From Catajapyx aquilonaris (taxonomy: Eukaryota): a stretch of 60,157 bases of DNA. Numbering within the stretch: position 1 is the stretch's first letter; each line of letters starts with the position of its first letter. Shown one piece after another: positions 56,935-60,157 of the stretch. A model generated the notes under the pieces. It was not told the origin of the DNA, did no database searches, and worked only from the letters and a program-made list of their open reading frames with translations. The stretch spans positions 1 to 60,157 of the forward strand of contig KZ538591.1 of the NCBI GenBank assembly GCA_000934665.2, given 5' to 3'. The position numbers and the translations under genes were made by a program.

Positions 56935-58801
56935 TAGGGTGTTCCAAAAAGGTGTTCCCAGTAAAGAATCAATGCAGTTCCGGAAGTATTCCATATATTT
57001 TATTCAAATTTGCCGGGAAGGTGGCATATATGATCAAGTTTTTGTACAAAAAGTCACACCTCCACATGTCCACCCTGGCATCTAAGACACAGCTTAAACC
57101 GTTCTTCAGCTGCTCGCCAGGTGTAGCTTGTACGGATACATCTCCCGCATTTTCCATGTGGTGCATCGAACTCAGTGTCAGTCGGATATCCATCTCCAAG
57201 GATCCCCGACGCAGGGACTTCTGCAGACTCTTCAACATTTTCTCATTTTTACTTTATTATATTTTATTATAAATTTGTTTTGTTTTACACCTTTTCACTT
57301 CACACCGACAGTGTTCGAAATTGGGATACATAGGCAGGTCGCCAGTGGCACCTGATATGCATAGCATGGTCGCCAAAACTGTATGTCTAGTCGCCATTAT
57401 TTTATTTTATTATGTATCATTACTGTTCCATAGCACGAAATCGCCTATAGTTATAGTGTACAGCGTTAATATGCTTCACAATTCAGAAGTATTTTACCAA
57501 CTGCTTCTTTTTAGACACGGAACTGCAATAATAGCCTACACAAATCACATCAATGATGAATTCACTTTGTTCCTCGGTGTTGATTTTATGCTGGCAGACT
57601 CCTCTTCTTCCTCGTCAGCTGGTTTGCTGACTTTGGCAATGCTACTGCCCACAAAAAAATCGGAAATCTTCCGTTTTGCCATTTTCCTCGGTAGAGCACT
57701 TCTCGAGTCCGATCCGCCTCTCTTGCCGACTGCGACTCGAAATCAGTCGAAAGACTGCATTCATGACTTATACCGGTCATCGAACTTGGACCTTCTTCAC
57801 CACACCTTCCCTGTTCCCTCCACCCTCCTCCTAATTAGGTCCATCCTGCCCCGCTTTCCCCTCCTCCACATCTGGCTGTGACTCCGCGTAGCCGAGTCCT
57901 TCCTGCTATCCTGCAACCTTATTTACCCCAACTTGGAACTTGAACTTGACCCCCGGAGTGAGGACCCCAATAAATACCAGGCGCGCTTCATGATAATGAG
58001 CCACCTACAGCATCAGCACTGCAGGAACGAAATTGAAAATACGAGGCAGAAATACAGTATTGGGAGGGAAAGCTAGTCGCCAAAGTGGCGACTAGCCATC
58101 TTTATTCAGTCGCCAATGGATAACCTAAAGTCGCGAAATGCGACTGGCGACCGGTTAATTTCGAACCCTGCACACCGAGTGTTACTGGAACCAATCCCCA
58201 GTGTAAAATGAGGAGTAGGCCTACCTGTATTTTCATCCTTTCATTTGGTGGTGGTGCTAACGTGAAGTGCATTTTTATTTTGACCTCATGTGATGATTCA
58301 TTTTCAATCCGACACCTCATCTGATTGTCCAATGACAGAATGACGAATCTGATGAGGATAAAATGCATTGATAACACACATGGCTTCCCTCACCTGTTCA
58401 ACACGATAAGTTGCAGGTGGACACCCAGAGCTCTTGCCATGGACGATGAAGCCTGTCACTTCGAAACTCCGGAACCACTTAAGGATGGAGTTGGAGGGTG
58501 GGTCTTTGCAATAGAGTCGCCGGAACTATCTTCGCACTCTAGTCACACTTTTCAGTTCCGCGAACAGATTACACATTTTGCTTTTACTGAAGATGTATCC
58601 ATACAAGCTATACACCTGGCGAGCGGCTCAAGAACGGTTTAAACTGGGCCTTCGACGCCAGGGTGGGCATGGGGAGGTGTGACTTTTTGTACTAAAACTT
58701 GAACATATGTGCCACCTTCCCTGCAAATTTGAATAAAATATATGGAATACTTCTGGAACTGCATTGGTTCTTTACTGGGAACACCTTTTTGGAACACCCT
58801 G
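56935..58801. mobile_element. Tc1/mariner-type non-autonomous element with ~145-bp TIRs
   Basis: TA-TAGGGTGTTCCAAAAAGGTGTTCCCAGT...ACTGGGAACACCTTTTTGGAACACCCTG-TA. Confidence 0.82.
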
Positions 58802-59024
58802 TATATCGTTCGAAAGCATGTTTAAATCCACGTTACATATTTGCGAGTGGTATGCCTATCGTCCACCTCTAATTTTTCACAAAAAGAAGGCAGAAAGGTG
58901 TCATTTTTTGAGTAGTTGCCGACGTTACGCCGCAAAGGGAATTTTTTTTCTGACAGCTTCCCGGAGGCCAAAAAAATCCCCCTGTGAACCCTGGATAGGG
59001 CAAATCTTTGTCTATAATGATATA

Positions 59025-59231
59025 CAGGGTGGACCAACTTCAAGTGTCGTTTTATAACGGGGATTAATAGCAGTGATTTTGCGATGACATAGCAGCGACG
59101 TGTAAAATGTCCCACTTCGGCCAATCTTCGGCGCCATCGAAGTGGGCCATTTTACACGTCGCTGCTACGTCAATCTAAAGCGCTTCTATTAATAGCCGTT
59201 GTAAAACGACACTTGAAGTTTGTCCACTCTG
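59025..59231. mobile_element. Short TA-flanked hairpin MITE
   Basis: TA-CAGGGTGGACCAACTTCAAGTGTCG...CGACACTTGAAGTTTGTCCACTCTG-TA. Confidence 0.8.
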
Positions 59232-60062
59232 TATATGAAACTTAAGAAATTGCGATATGTGTAATCATAATTAAGTTCATTGCACACCTATGTTATCTCG
59301 GCCGTTTATAATCCGAATTACTCTGCAAATGTATCGACGGCAAGCCAGAAATGTGCATGATAAAATTACACTGTGCTCTATTACACTAAAAATTTTAAAA
59401 GCATTGGTTTATTCAGTTTAATAGGCTATTACCCAGCCTGCTTTCTGGCGGGAATACGCTGCAATACTTTTAAATACTTCTTAAAAATGCAGTGTAATAG
59501 AGCACGGTGTAATTTTATCACACACATTTCTGGCTTACCGTCGATACATTCGCAAAGTAAATCGGATTATAAGCGGCCTAGATAACAGGTGTGTGCAATG
59601 AACTTAATTATGATTACACAAATGGTGATTTCTAAGTTTCAAATATATCATTAGATAGACAAAGATTTGCCCTATCCAGGGTTCACAGGGGGATTTTTTT
59701 GGCCTCCAGGGAGTGTCAGAGAGAGAAAAAAATCCCTTTGCGGCGTAACGACGGCAACTACTTAAAAAATGACACTTTTCCGCCTTCTTTTTGCGATAAA
59801 AAAATTAGAGACGGACGATAGGAATACCACTCGCATATAGGTACCGTGGATTTAAACAAGCTTTCGAATGATAGATAACTTCATTTTTTTGAATCATTTG
59901 CCTGGGAGTTGTTTCGAGTCAAACACAGGGGTCTGTATTAAATAAACGGATAGTAATAAGCATATGATGACCCTTAAAGACATGAGTGGACTTAGTCAAG
60001 GCCTCTTCCAGTTACACAGCACACTCTAGGACAGTGCTGGAGCCTCATGTAAAAACCATGTA

Positions 60063-60157
60063 CGAGGGGCGGTCATAAAGTTCTTACAATCACCGAGAAA
60101 GAAGAGAGTCACGGGCTAGTGCAGCTATTGTGTGGTAGGTCCTTTTCCACATATGCG
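60063..60157 (+). mobile_element. Probable left end of a mariner-like element at the window edge
   Basis: TA-CGAGGGGCGGTCATAAAGTT resembles mariner TIRs; the partner end lies outside the window. Confidence 0.4.

Larger units (their letters stand above)
56852..59955. mobile_element. Older foldback element with two younger insertions in its left arm
   Basis: Left arm pieces 56852-56934, 58802-59024 and 59232-59410 mirror the continuous right arm ~59460-59955. Confidence 0.82.

Overview
Eukaryotic, intron-rich, repeat-dense invertebrate (probably arthropod) genomic DNA. All gene models are on the + strand. (1) A decayed, intronless LRR-type gene (160 to ~3590) split by a 1.9-kb palindromic hAT-like insertion with an 8-bp TSD. 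(2) An essentially complete SLC6 Na+/Cl- dependent glycine-transporter-like gene (~8878-28031, ~686 aa) with a GC-AG intron and a pair of duplicated, equal-length (104 nt), mutually exclusive TM6 exons (18171-18274 and 21243-21346). The two exons place Gly or Ser at the position that separates vertebrate GlyT1 from GlyT2 substrate selectivity; this is the main finding. (3) A divergent RPA43/Rpb7-like OB-fold gene with a lysine-rich tail, apparently short at the N terminus (~31064-37987). (4) The 5' part of cytosolic leucyl-tRNA synthetase (45637-52792, continuing beyond the window). Introns and intergenic DNA are packed with foldback/MITE DNA transposons (hAT, Tc1/mariner, pogo, Harbinger and Kolobok types, including multi-level nests), a decayed mariner, and several tRNA-headed SINE families that share or swap 3' tails. 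All calls come from reading the sequence by eye plus recalled protein motifs; no database searches were run.
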